Assembly (NCBI RefSeq): GCF_002571385.2
Contig: NW_019217802.1
Span: forward strand, 370,551-434,550
Length of the DNA stretch: 64,000 nucleotides
DNA from: Stylophora pistillata
Lineage: Eukaryota
Direction: 5' to 3'
A program made the position numbers and the translations under genes. Shown here in pieces: positions 1 to 11,764 of this stretch. Each line of letters begins with the position of its first letter. Within the stretch, counting starts at the first letter, position 1. The notes under the pieces are model-generated. The model worked only from the letters and a program-made list of their open reading frames with translations. It made no database searches and was not told where the DNA came from.

Positions 1-297
1 CTCCACTTAAAATGTTGGATAGTGGTAGACTAAAAATGTGTCATGCAACATTGCGCAGGGTCAGGGAAAGGCCTGCTGTGTCTAGTGCAACAAGAAAACT
101 GGAACATAAATGAGTTGCTCTATGGCAGAAAAATGTGCTTTTGACGACCATCGATGTTGGTCGTCAGATGTGACTTTCTCAGCCATTTGTCTTATCTTAT
201 CATTTGTCTTATCTTATCTAGCCATTTGTCTCCTAGTACCTGTTCTAAACAATTGCCTTGCCAGGCATATAACAACGTTTTTGTCTTATTTTATCAG

Positions 298-3200
298 GTA
301 ACCATTTTGTATTTCCGGGCGATGGCATAGCTGTCTTGTGTGGAAATTATTCCTACGCCAAGTAAGTCGTTCATCTCGTGCGTTGCGTTTGTGTTCATCA
401 GAATCTGCTTTGGATTGCGTGACAAGCTTGTGACCGCACCGAACCAGACGCGAGAGAGAGCCTCGCACGTGCGACAACCGGGCGGGAGTGAACACCACGC
501 GGGAGCGAGCAGTCACGCGGCTGTTCCTGTTGTCACCCACGCGTGTTATTTGCGCTCTCGCACCTGCTGTCCTAACTAACTCTCCAAGTCGACTTGTGTT
601 GCCGATTTTAACTAGCTTTCTTTTTTTTTCTTTATGCGCATAGCTCATGTCCTACCAATTACACCTGTATGCCAAACACTGGAGACAATCCTATATCCAA
701 GTACATCAGCTATGACAACTTTGGATGGTCTTTACTAACCTCTCTTCAGTTGGTCACAATGGATTACTGGGAAAGCATTTATAACAGCGTGAGTAAACGT
801 TTAGGGAAGTGGAACAGATCTTAATCTCCATTCGGACGGCGAGAGAGTTCCCGTGAGAGTAAAGTATCTTATCAAACGTTACAACACGATGATCCAGCAA
901 GGATGATGACCACGGCGGACTGTGCGTCAGCCGCTAGGTCACTGGGTTTCCCACTCACGGTAGTTCCCTCTTACAATAGCCCTCATTCCAGATCCGCGCG
1001 CGCGGTTTATTTGAAAAGCGGTCCCTTATAACTAAGCCCCATACGTGGAAATGGAATAAGAGCCATTTCGTTTCGAATATGGTGGATTGGTAACATTTTC
1101 TACCCAGTGTGCTCCTAATGCGTATTTTAAAATATTCCTATGCAGGTAATTGCTACGAAAGGATCTTGGTATGTGTTCTATTTCTTGTTTGTGATCTTCC
1201 TTGGTCCGTTTTACCTGATCAACCTTGTGTTGGCTGTTGTCTCACTCTCTTACGAACAAGAGACTGCTGCACTGCAAGACGAAGGTCTGAGGGTAAGTCA
1301 GCACTTTAAATTTGACTCATGAAGTTGTACGAAGTAAGCAAATTTACAAAGAGTTAATGCTCGGTTACGGCGGTTTTACACAATCCTTGTCAAAATGCGG
1401 TTTTCAACCTTATAGCCTGATACCCTCGTACGTATTTAAGTATTCCTGTTTTCTCAACCCGTTTGCATTTAACATCTTTGTCCTTCAGGCGGAAACGTTT
1501 GCGAAACTGAAACGCAGCGCGTCCAGTTATTCATTTGACGGACATATGGAGCCAGAGCCGCTGTACCAGGAGGATAAACAACGCATCGAGGAGCGCGAAG
1601 CTTACATAGCAGCGCATCCAGAGGAATCAGTACACCCCCCTGAACCAGAGGAACCACTGGAATTGACTGTGGAGGTTCCTAGAAGCCCAAGCTGTTGGAG
1701 AAAGACGCAAAATAAAGTCTCCCGTGTGGTTAACTCCTCCATTTTCGAGACTTTTATCACACTTTGTATCCTGCTAAATACTCTTGCAATGGCGTTGGAA
1801 CATTATGAAATGGACCCTCTGTTTGGGAAGGTTCTCGAACGCTGTAATGAGGTAAGTGACTCTTTTTTGTTTTGTTTTTTTTTGTACTTTTCAATCCTTT
1901 CTGATGGCTTTCAGAAGGCGTGTCGAGCGCTGAAGAACGGTAAAAAATCGTTCTTTACTTACTGAACACCAAAAGAGTTGATTAAAACATCAAACTAAAG
2001 GGATAGAAAACAATCTCAGAGGAATGTGAGGGCTTGTAGTTAATTGACTGCTATTTTAAATTAGTTGTTACATTGCAGTGTTAAGACATTAGCCGAGCCG
2101 GAGGCGGGTGATTTACAAACTTTTCTCGTTGGCTATTGCACCAGTGATCCTATAAAAAGTGCGGTCTATTGCCTATTAGAACATAGCCAGCAGAGCCGCG
2201 CAATCAAATTCAGTATACGTTAGCGTGCTCAAAATCNNNNNNNNNNNCTCAAGAAGCTAGAGCTGCCCTCGTGTATTGCCTCGGGCAACTTTTACGCTTC
2301 TTTCGTACTCTCCAAACTTCCCACGTTCTCCATAACTCGATGGCGCACGCTAAAGCATGAACCAATTGTTAAAGGTAGGGTTGGGTAGTTAGGAAAGCTA
2401 ACCTATTTCTTTTCTACTTGATATAATTTTCCAGACTTGTGCAACAGCAAAACAATCATTTCTAGCTAATTCCTAATGAAATATAAAGTCACAATTGTGA
2501 AGATTAGTCTTTAATAGTATTCGTGATGACTTAAAATCGAGTTAAAATTCGGATCGTGAATATGGTTCGGCCAGATTTCTCTTTTACGGGAACAGTTGTC
2601 AAAAGTACGGGAAGACTAACGCAGACTCCTAATTTTTTCTTCAGGTGTTTACTGGGGTGTTTATCATGGAAATGATACTCAAACTGGTTGCATTCGGTTT
2701 CAAAGAGTACTGTAAAAATAGTTGGAACTTGTTCGACGGGACGATTGTTATTCTTAGTATCCTGGACATGGTGCTGACATACTCTAAACTCATCACCGGT
2801 GCAGGCCTGAGTGTACTAAGGACGTTCAGATTGGTATGCGATCATATAAATTAGAGTTAAAGAGAAATTTTGTTCACTTCTCACGAGCATGGGACAAAGA
2901 AAAACATCTAAGTTCTTTTGTGAGGATTGAAAACTCAGACCTGGCGATTTGCCGATTTAGTGTGGTACCACACCACTGAGCGTCAGAGAACTCAATGGTG
3001 AGCCTGGCCATCATGAGGTTGATACGCGCCAAGCGTCCTGTATGCTTCTAATTTAGGCTCAGCAAACAAACATCTAAATGAGTTACCATCTTCAATAGAA
3101 ACAGAATTCTCCCCTCCCTTGACAGCCTAGCATGTGAGTCCAACCGGTGGATTCCCCCATCCCAAACAACCCTAAGAATGGTTAGGAAAAGTACAGAGTG

Positions 3201-6200
3201 TGAAAATTGACGTCTATAGACATTGGGATCTTAGGTTAAGTCTTTTGTTTCACAAAATTCTCTGTGCTTAAGTTCCTAAAGCCGAAAGCGCCGCTTGTGT
3301 TGTGAAGTAAAGAAATATGTTAAACATATAACCCGAACCTGTCACCAAAAAAAAACAAAAAAAATACCTGGTGGGAAATTACTGACCTCGGATCATTCAT
3401 GGTTTTCGATGTTCACTTTTAAGATTTCTTCCTAAACGTTTCCAGTTTTACTTCCCACAATTGCCTTATGCGTTAAAAGAGGTTCCTCTTGAAAGCTGTG
3501 AAATAAGTGGTTCTTTGTGTTTTACTCCGCAGCTTCGAGTGCTGAAGCTCGCCCAGTCGTGGAAGACTATGGGAGATCTGCTGAACACGATTGGAAGCAG
3601 TGTGGGACCCGTGGGGAATATAACTGTCATCCTCGCTATTATAGTGTACATGTTTGCAGTGGTCGGAATGCAGTTGTTTCAGTCTTATTACACGAAGGAC
3701 AAATTTAAGTATGGTAAACTCCCGCGGTGGAACTTTAATGATTTCGGTCATTCATTCATGGTGATTTTTAGGATATTATGTGGTAAATGGATTGAGCCGT
3801 TGTGGTGGACAATGCGGGCGACTTCTCCTGCGGCTATTTTTTTCATTTTGCCGGCCTTTGTAATTGGTAATTTCGTGATTTTAAATCTTTTTCTCGCACT
3901 CCTGCTGAACTCGTTCAGTGCGGGGGGCGATGAACCGGAGGACGAAGAGGAAAAGAAGAGGAAGGAAGAAGAGAAGAAAAAGAAGAAAAGAGAGAAAGAA
4001 AAGAAGAGGCGTTTAAACATTCTTCGTATGCTCGGAAGAAAAAACAAAAATCTGTCAGGAAGTAGGAGCAAAGTTGGACCTGATGAAGACGGCGAAGGAA
4101 CTGACGTGGATGCGCAGTCACGAACAGTCAGCCCAGCTGACGACGGGTGCAAAAAAGAAGCGGCAATCACATTGTCCAATAATCCAAAGAATGGAGAGCA
4201 AGAGAATGGATATGAGATGACGCTGGTGAATCGATTACCAAACGGACAGACGCAACAAGAGAATTTTAACGGCTTCAAGTACGGCTTTGGTAAGTTCTGT
4301 CATGACAGGTTGGACTGTCTTCGCCTCTGCCCGTGTTTCTCTTTTCTTTCATTGCAAGAACCAGTTCTTTCCGTCTAGGTAGACGTGATAAAATGAAGGC
4401 ACCCTTAGCCTGACCACTGATGCTTCCTTTGTTATTTTTATTTCTCAGATGAAACACCGGGTAAGCCTGTTGCACGTAACACCAAAGTGAACTCCCTGCC
4501 GATTGAAAACCGCCATTCGCTGACCACCGCTGTTGATCTGGACGACGCAGCAAGGAGAATCCGGGATCTTCCCGATCCAAACAAGAGACTTCCTTCCGTC
4601 AACCACGTCAAAAGCGATGATAGACTGGAAACTAGTGAGAACAATCAAAGTAATGGAGATCTTGTCGCCAATGGTTCCGCTCCTGTGGTAATAAATGGCA
4701 ATTCGCGAATGTCTGCTGGATCGTCACATAAAGATGTCAGTCTGGGTGACATAGAATCACGCATTCCACCCAACAGTCCAGGCTGTGAATCGAAGCGTGA
4801 CACAATTGTCACGGTAGACACCGATGACACGACTCCTTCGGGGGGAGTGCGGCCTTGTTGCCCAACTTTCTGTTATTGTGACAGTGGCTGCTGTGACAAT
4901 TACAAGGAGTCGTGCATTCGGAGAAGTTGGCATGGATTGCGTTACAATATCTGTGCTTTCGTAGAGCATAAGTACTTTGAGTGGTTCATCCTCGCCATGA
5001 TAGTGATCAGTAGTTTAACTCTGGTAAGTGAGGGGTCAGTTTATCACACAATTGTCCTTTTCGTTCAATTTTCTTTGCTCCAGCCCTACTTGAGATAGTC
5101 CGAGTCATTTGATTTCAAACTTTTTTTTCCTACTCTGTTTCGCGAGCGCTGGTTGGTTGAGAATACAGCTTTCAAGCGCTGATTGGCTGAAAACACAATG
5201 GCTTTCGTCGAGCCCTCGGTTGACTGATCGGCTTTGAAAGCAAAGCATCCTGAACACAAGACAATATGAAGACTCAAATATTCTTTTATTTCAGGTGTTT
5301 GAAGATATTTATTTGGAAAAAAGAATCGTCTTGAGTCGGACGTTGAAAGTGATGAACTACATCTTCGCAATCACCTTCACGATTGAGATGCTTCTTAAAA
5401 TCATCGGAATGGGTTTCGTGGGATATTTTTCCAACCTGTGGAACTGTTTGGACAGTTTTATTGTGGCGGTACGTCTCGCAAACTCTAAAGTTTGAAATGT
5501 TCTTATGGTAGAAAATCTAGAAATCAAACCTCACTTAATTTTTTTTTTTGCTTGATAGGCATAAGATAAGATAAAATAAGACCTTTATTTAAACATGATA
5601 ATAATTAAAGCTAACAGCTTGTGGGGTCGTGTATTTAGTTTATACTTTATTTAAATAAGAAGAAGACTAGCTAAATATTTTAAAAGGCTAACACTAACAT
5701 CGTAATCAAAAGTAGAGAAAGTCGTCATTTTTATGGCGGACAGCTGAAGCTGAAGCATTATTAATTTAAAATCTCTAAAATAAGGCTTTGTTTTGCATCT
5801 TTTTGGTTCTTAATGTTTGAACTTCGATTATTTTAAAGGGCGATATTGGGTTAGCGTTAGACATCTATATTTATACAGGATAACCCCTTCAGTGTAGTAA
5901 ACACCGGTATCAACGGGGGTCCTGTTAACCACCCATCCCACCCCAGGGGAGGACATCCATCACACAGTATTCTCGTGCGTGGGAAAGTAACGTCTCCTGC
6001 CCCTAACCCTGCAGGAGACGAGACCTTCATTTATTCGTCCCTATCCGAGAAGACTAGAATATCTAATCATTTCTTGATGTTATAGAAAGGGAGCATATTA
6101 TTCTCAATTATTTTAAGAGCCTGAGTGTTGGTCCGGCCGGGGCTCGAACCCTCGACCTCCCGCACAACAGTCCAGCGCTCTATCCATTGAGCTAACCGGG

Positions 6201-9200
6201 AAGCGGTAAACTAAAATGCGTGCGTAATAGTTTTACTTGTAGTCAAATTTACCCTATCATCCGTTTTCAAAACGAGCATCTTAATGGCTTTTTATTAAAC
6301 CGGCACTGATTAGATTATCTGCGAATCAGTTTAACGCACATAGGTGGTCTTGCTTTTTGTCCAGTCTTAATTGCTTTCTTTTTTTAATTATCTTGTAGAT
6401 CTCCCTCGCTAGTCTCACTGGTAGTAAGAATCTACAGTCATTCAGATCCCTTAGAGCCCTAAGACCTCTCAGAGCGATATCTCGGTTTGAAGGAATGAAG
6501 GTACGTGGAAACGTTTTATATCTCGTGAGTAACGCATGTATTTTTACGGTCTTTAAACGTATCTTTCACGATGTAACAACCACACGAAATGTTTCATACG
6601 CTGATTGCTTTGTTACGACATAAAACTTAGCGTTGGAGAAGGTTTCTTTTTGCTTGTTGTTTTACAAAATGTCCTTCGACCAAAAGAAGTGGCTAGTTTC
6701 CCTAAATCTAGCGTAACAGGAAGCATGTATTATTTGGGGATTTTGTATGGCGTTGTTCGTCAGAAAACATTTTAAGCTGGTCGTGGTGCTAAGCTTAAAA
6801 ATTGTGGGCAACGTAGCGTGACACCAAGATCAATTCTTGTTATGTTGTCACATCCAGCGTGATGGAAAACGCTTAATTTCGTTGTGCTTTCAAATCAAGC
6901 GCGACAAGCTTTGTCGATCCTTGCGTGACAGAAGCACTGTTTGTGTTCTGATTTTAGATTGTCGTCAATTCATTGGTGCACGCTGTCCCAGCTATCGTCA
7001 ACGTGATGCTGGTGTGTCTAATATTCTGGCTGATCTTCAGCATTGTCGGCTACCAGTTGTTCAACGGCAAGTTCTACAGATGCGTCGATGCCAAGACCCT
7101 TGAAAAATACAAACCAGATGTAGTCGCAAACAAGACGCAATGTGAGCAGTCACCGGGCATGCGCTGGATGAATGCTAAAATAAACTTCGACAGCTCATTG
7201 CAAGGGTTCTTGGCTCTCTTTCAAGTTGTACGTATCAAGGATTACTTATCTATGGAAATGAATTTGATAAATTTCTTTCTAAGGACACTAATTATGTGAG
7301 AGTAAACAAAATATAGTAGAGGCTGATAGTTTCGAAAGAAACTGTTTGGGGCTGCGTCGGTGGGAGTAACGAAATAATTTGGATATATCAACAAAGTTGA
7401 TATATCCAAAATATAGTAGACATAACTAGACACATTTACTCTGTTGGGAGGTAAACCATTGGGTTCATTTCAAAGCGTAGAGTCTTCGCAAGATTAATCG
7501 TGATCCAGCCATAAAAGAAGTATTTACACTCTGAGTGATTTGTATTGCAGGCCACCCTAGAGGGGGTGTTTGAAGTTATGGACGATTCTGTGGATAGTGT
7601 TGGAGTACGTAGACAAAATATCATAAATATTGTTTCAATCTATGTCAGTGATATGTAAAGCATAATGGCTACATTTGCAATTTTAGAAGGAAAACTTGAC
7701 GCGCACCTGACTCGCTCGTCAAGTGGAAACTTATCGTTGATATGAATGATGAATCGTGGAATATGTGATGTCTATTTTAGGTAATAACATGATTTCGAGT
7801 GCAATTTGGTGTTAATAAGCACGAGTAAATACTTCAAAGACAACAAAATTGCACTAGCCCTTAGGGCGACTACAATTTATAGTGCTTAGTACGTCAAATT
7901 GCACAAGAAATCTTTTTGTTACCTTTTGATAATTTACATGAAAAAAAAGTAACGCAGAAAGTAAAGTCAGACGAAAGTTTGACAGCGCGTGCGCTATTTG
8001 TAATGTGCACTGGTGTTACAACTTTGCACCCGTGTTACATGAAAAATGCACTAGTTTTCGGCCAATCGGACGTGCGTAAGTTTTTCATGTGTATAACAGT
8101 CATGTTGTAGAAACATGACTAGGATTCTCATAAGTATTCATTTTCCTCTGAAGTTGCATCCCATCGGAATTCTTTTGATAGCAGTAGAATTACATCCGAG
8201 ATCATCTCCAAATTAAAAACTGCCAAGTTTCGTTTGGTAAACTGGCCATGTTACATGTAGTTCTAGTGATTACTTTCTTAGCACTCTTGTGATTCTGTGA
8301 CTATAGCGGAAGCAAAGGGCCACATTCGGCTAAGTAACCAGGCTCACAGGAAACATCAACAAGTGGACGCGCAGACACGCATGTTCAATTCCTTTTGATA
8401 GTATCCGCTCAGCTGTCAGAGAGTATTTTGAAATGTTGATAAAAGTTCGTTAAAGATTGATAATATCCTTAGGTTATAACATATTGGGATGCATATTCTA
8501 ACGCGACCAAATGTGGCTTCGGTTTAAAAATTTCGTGCTTGAGCAAGGAATGTTATAATGCAATTAATAATGATGATGATAGTGGTATTGATGTTAATGA
8601 TTATTACTGTTTTTGTCCATAGAAAGATGAGCAGCCAATATACGAGCACAGCTTCTACGCCTACTTCTATTACGTCGTGTTTATCATCATGGGTTCGTTT
8701 TTTATCTTGAACCTCTTCATTGGAGTCATCATTGAGAATTTTAATCGCCTTAAACAGCAGGTGAGCCTTTCTACAACGGTTACATTTCCTTCATTGACTT
8801 ATCTTCCTAACTTTCAAGTGTAGTGAAACGCAATTTAGTTTAGCCAAGTATTCAAAGTTTTTCTTAGTTATGCTCGTTCTTCTCTTGATATAATTTAGTT
8901 CCCTGAGGAAAAATTCTCTTTCAAGAAAGTGTTTCTAAGCGCAGTTTTATTATTTGATGCGTGTGGTCCTGCGCGTGCTTCTATTGGAAAACATTAGATA
9001 AAAGTCCCCGTTTGAGGACTGTACGAGATGGTATGTGCAGGGCTGGACTCATTATGTTACTTTTGTTTCAGTATGAAGATAGCGGGGCACTAGGAATGTT
9101 TTTAACGCCAGGGCAGAGAAGCTGGGTGAACACACTTAAGAAAACCTACTACAGGAAACCCAGGAAACAGTTTAAGAGACCACAGGTTGGTAAAGACTTC

Positions 9201-11764
9201 AAACGTTCCAACGTTTACAGCTGGTACAATTGTCGTAAAATATCTTTGTCTTGAGCAATCAGATAACTTTCAAACAGCAACTATTGAAGCTATTAACATA
9301 CAACTGACAAATGCGCAGAATGCAAGATGAGTAGCTATTTTAGTGGCTGTATCAAGGTTCTATACCCAAGCTTAGAAGATTATCTGTCGCGCAGCTTTTT
9401 GAATTAGTGGATTTGTTTTAGCCGTTTGTGACACCTTGTTAACTCTCTTTTTTCTTCGTAGAACAAGTTTCGTGCTTGGCTGTTTGACTTGATCCTACAA
9501 AAGAAATTTGAAGTGTTCATCATGTCTGTGATTCTCATCAATATGCTCACAATGATGATGGAACATCACAAACAATCGGAGAGCTTCTCAGCAGCGCTCA
9601 ATATCCTTTCATTGAACAAACTTTTATCAATTGTATAATTTTTTTTAGTAAAATCAGATATTTAATTCGATCAAAACTTTGTAGCTTGGAATCAAGCCAT
9701 GGTGGGAAGAACAGGGATGGTACTGTGACTAGGGCGCTCTTATCCCACCACTGTTTCCTGGGTTCGATTTCGGGTACGTTTTTCCTTGCTTGGGCATTCT
9801 CCTGCCTTCTACACACCTCAAAACTAACGGACTTAAAATTCCAGGTAGACCTGGCGATAGGGGACGGAGAGCTGAGGATACACCCCGATAGCTATTTTTA
9901 AATCTTATATCTTACTGTTTATTGTGTTGTTCTTGTTTGAAAGAGTTCTCCTTAACCAGAGCTCGATTTTTGCCACCGGGCCATCACGATATTTGAACTA
10001 TATCTTCACCGGGATCTTGATAATAGAGGCAATAATAAGGTTGATTGCGATGCGGCTGGACTACTTTAAAATGGGTTGGAATGTGTTTGATTTCGTAATA
10101 GTGGTTTTCTCCATTGTTGGTAAGTAATTTGTTTAAGATTCTAAACGAGGCTTCTTTTATCTCCGTTCCTTTTATGGTATTCTTAAATGTACTCTGTTAA
10201 AAAAAAAAAAAAATTAAGTACGTGTGCAAACGAAAGGAACGAATTTGATATTTAATGGTTCAATCTTATCCTTGGGTGAAATTTCCCTGATTCATCGAAG
10301 GCTGATTATCTTAGTCAGAATATAAGGGAATATTTTAACTTGAAACATACCAAGTCGCTGTGGTGCAAGGCGTAGAGAAGATTGTGTAAAATGCGGGGCA
10401 TTAAGCTTGAGCGTGATCGTGATCGTGATCGTGATCGTTAGAGCAACTGTGAATTTGCTGAGACGACGTTCTACAGATTTTTTACTTATTGGTTGTAACT
10501 CTGTGGCTCTCTTTCAGGTATCGTTGTCGAAGACGTGTTGAAATAGGAAATGATCTTCTCACCAGGGTTACTGCGAGTCGTCAGGGTCTTTAGACTGGGA
10601 AGACTGCTGCGTTTCTTCGAAGGTGCAAAAGGTGTTCGTCGATTGCTGTTCACTTTGGTAAAATCACTGCCCGGATTGGTCAATATTGCCATGTTGTTGG
10701 GCCTGATTATGTTCATATACGCCATTATTGGTATGTCCTCGTTCGGTTATGTCAAAAAGAGTAACGGCATCACGGACGTGGTGAATTTTGAAACATTTAT
10801 AAACTCTCTACTTTTGTTATTTCGGGTTGGAACAGCCGCGGGCTGGAACACCATTCTTGACCCGCTCATGGTAACTGAACCCGACTGTGACCCGACCTTG
10901 AATACTGGCGGACCGAATGGAAACTGCGGAAATCGCTTTCTTGCTGTGTTCTTCTTTGTTAGTTACATTCTGATTATTTTCTTGATAATGATAAACATGT
11001 ATATAGCTGTTATTTTAGAAAATTTCAACGAAGCACAACAGCAAGAAGAGATTGGTGTGACAGACGATGATCTAGAAACCTTTATCCAGGTTTGGGAGGA
11101 GTTCGATCCCAAAGCAACACACTACATTCATGTTAATCAACTGAGCGATTTTCTAGAGGCTTTGGAACCGCCGCTTCAAGTTCCTAAACCAAACAGGCAC
11201 CTCTTTGGGGAATTACAGGTGCCTCTTAAAGCTGGTTTTCGCATCTATCTCGTGGATCTTATGCAAGTTCTCGTGAGGCGCGCCATGGGAGGTGTAGAAG
11301 GTCATGAGGAACACGAGATGACCATGTTAGTGGAGCGCTTGGAGGAGCGCTTCGCGAGCATGCGCAAAAAGGAAACTGACCTCAGGACTCTTCCTGAGCA
11401 GCATAAGTTCGAGATTAAGGCGGCAGTGACAATTCAAAAGGCCATAAGGATTTTCTTGCTAAAAAGAAGGCTGAGAGTTAATAGAGGAGGAGCTTTTCAT
11501 GCATATGATGAGCTAACTTCCGACAAGGACAAAGGTCATGCGTGGAAGGAAAAACAAGTGGAAGATAACACTCGCGTGATAGGCATGCTGTGGCTAAGTC
11601 AAGCGAAACGACACGAGGAAGAATCAACCACAGATGCACAAGATGAAGACGAGGAAAATACCAAGGATGAGGAAAACACAGAAGACGATTCTCCAACTGA
11701 AGTTACTGTTGTGGATCAAGAGAAACCTAAACCTTCGCCAAACACTCTGAGTGTTAATTGTTAG
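298..11764 (+). CDS. Nav2.5: Voltage-gated sodium channel alpha subunit, cnidarian Nav2.5-type (DKEA filter); 5' end lies before the window; carries an in-frame TAG at 10544-10546
   Basis: Hand-spliced exons with consistent phases: 298-361, 644-788, 1146-1292, 1489-1851, 2645-2833, 3533-4289, 4449-5023, 5295-5468, 6399-6500, 6958-7227, 7551-7604, 8623-8760, 9072-9185, 9462-9600, 9988-10119, 10518-11764. Pore loops TMDYWE / LCGKWIE / TLEGVFE / TAAGWN give D-K-E-A. S4 Arg repeats ([14 protein letters not shown]; [13 protein letters not shown]), MFL inactivation motif and IQ motif IQKAIR are present. Confidence 0.93.
5858..6207 (-). mobile_element. tRNA-derived SINE, copy 1
   Basis: Minus-strand head has an A box (TAGCTCAATGG) and a B box (GGTTCGAGCC). 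It is near-identical over 350 bp to 32736-33085 and contains an internal 10-bp hairpin cgtctcctgc/gcaggagacg. Confidence 0.85.
9601..9987 (+). other. U12-type (minor spliceosome) AT-AC intron, Nav gene 1 DIV S1-S2
   Basis: 5' ATATCCTTT, branch point TCCTTAAC at 9949-9956, 3' CATCAC. Splicing restores [11 protein letters not shown] in frame. Confidence 0.9.
10411..10438. repeat. (CGTGAT)n hexamer microsatellite
   Basis: cgtgatcgtgatcgtgatcgtgatcgt is seen directly. Confidence 0.9.

Noticed and set aside
3748-4278. Antisense ORFs over Nav and RDH exons (also 39853-40340, 49690-49995, 52898-53233)
   Set aside because: They are shadows of the + strand coding sequence.
6130-6207. tRNA gene (also 33010-33085)
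   Set aside because: A and B boxes are present, but they are the heads of repeated 350-bp SINEs, not standalone tRNAs.
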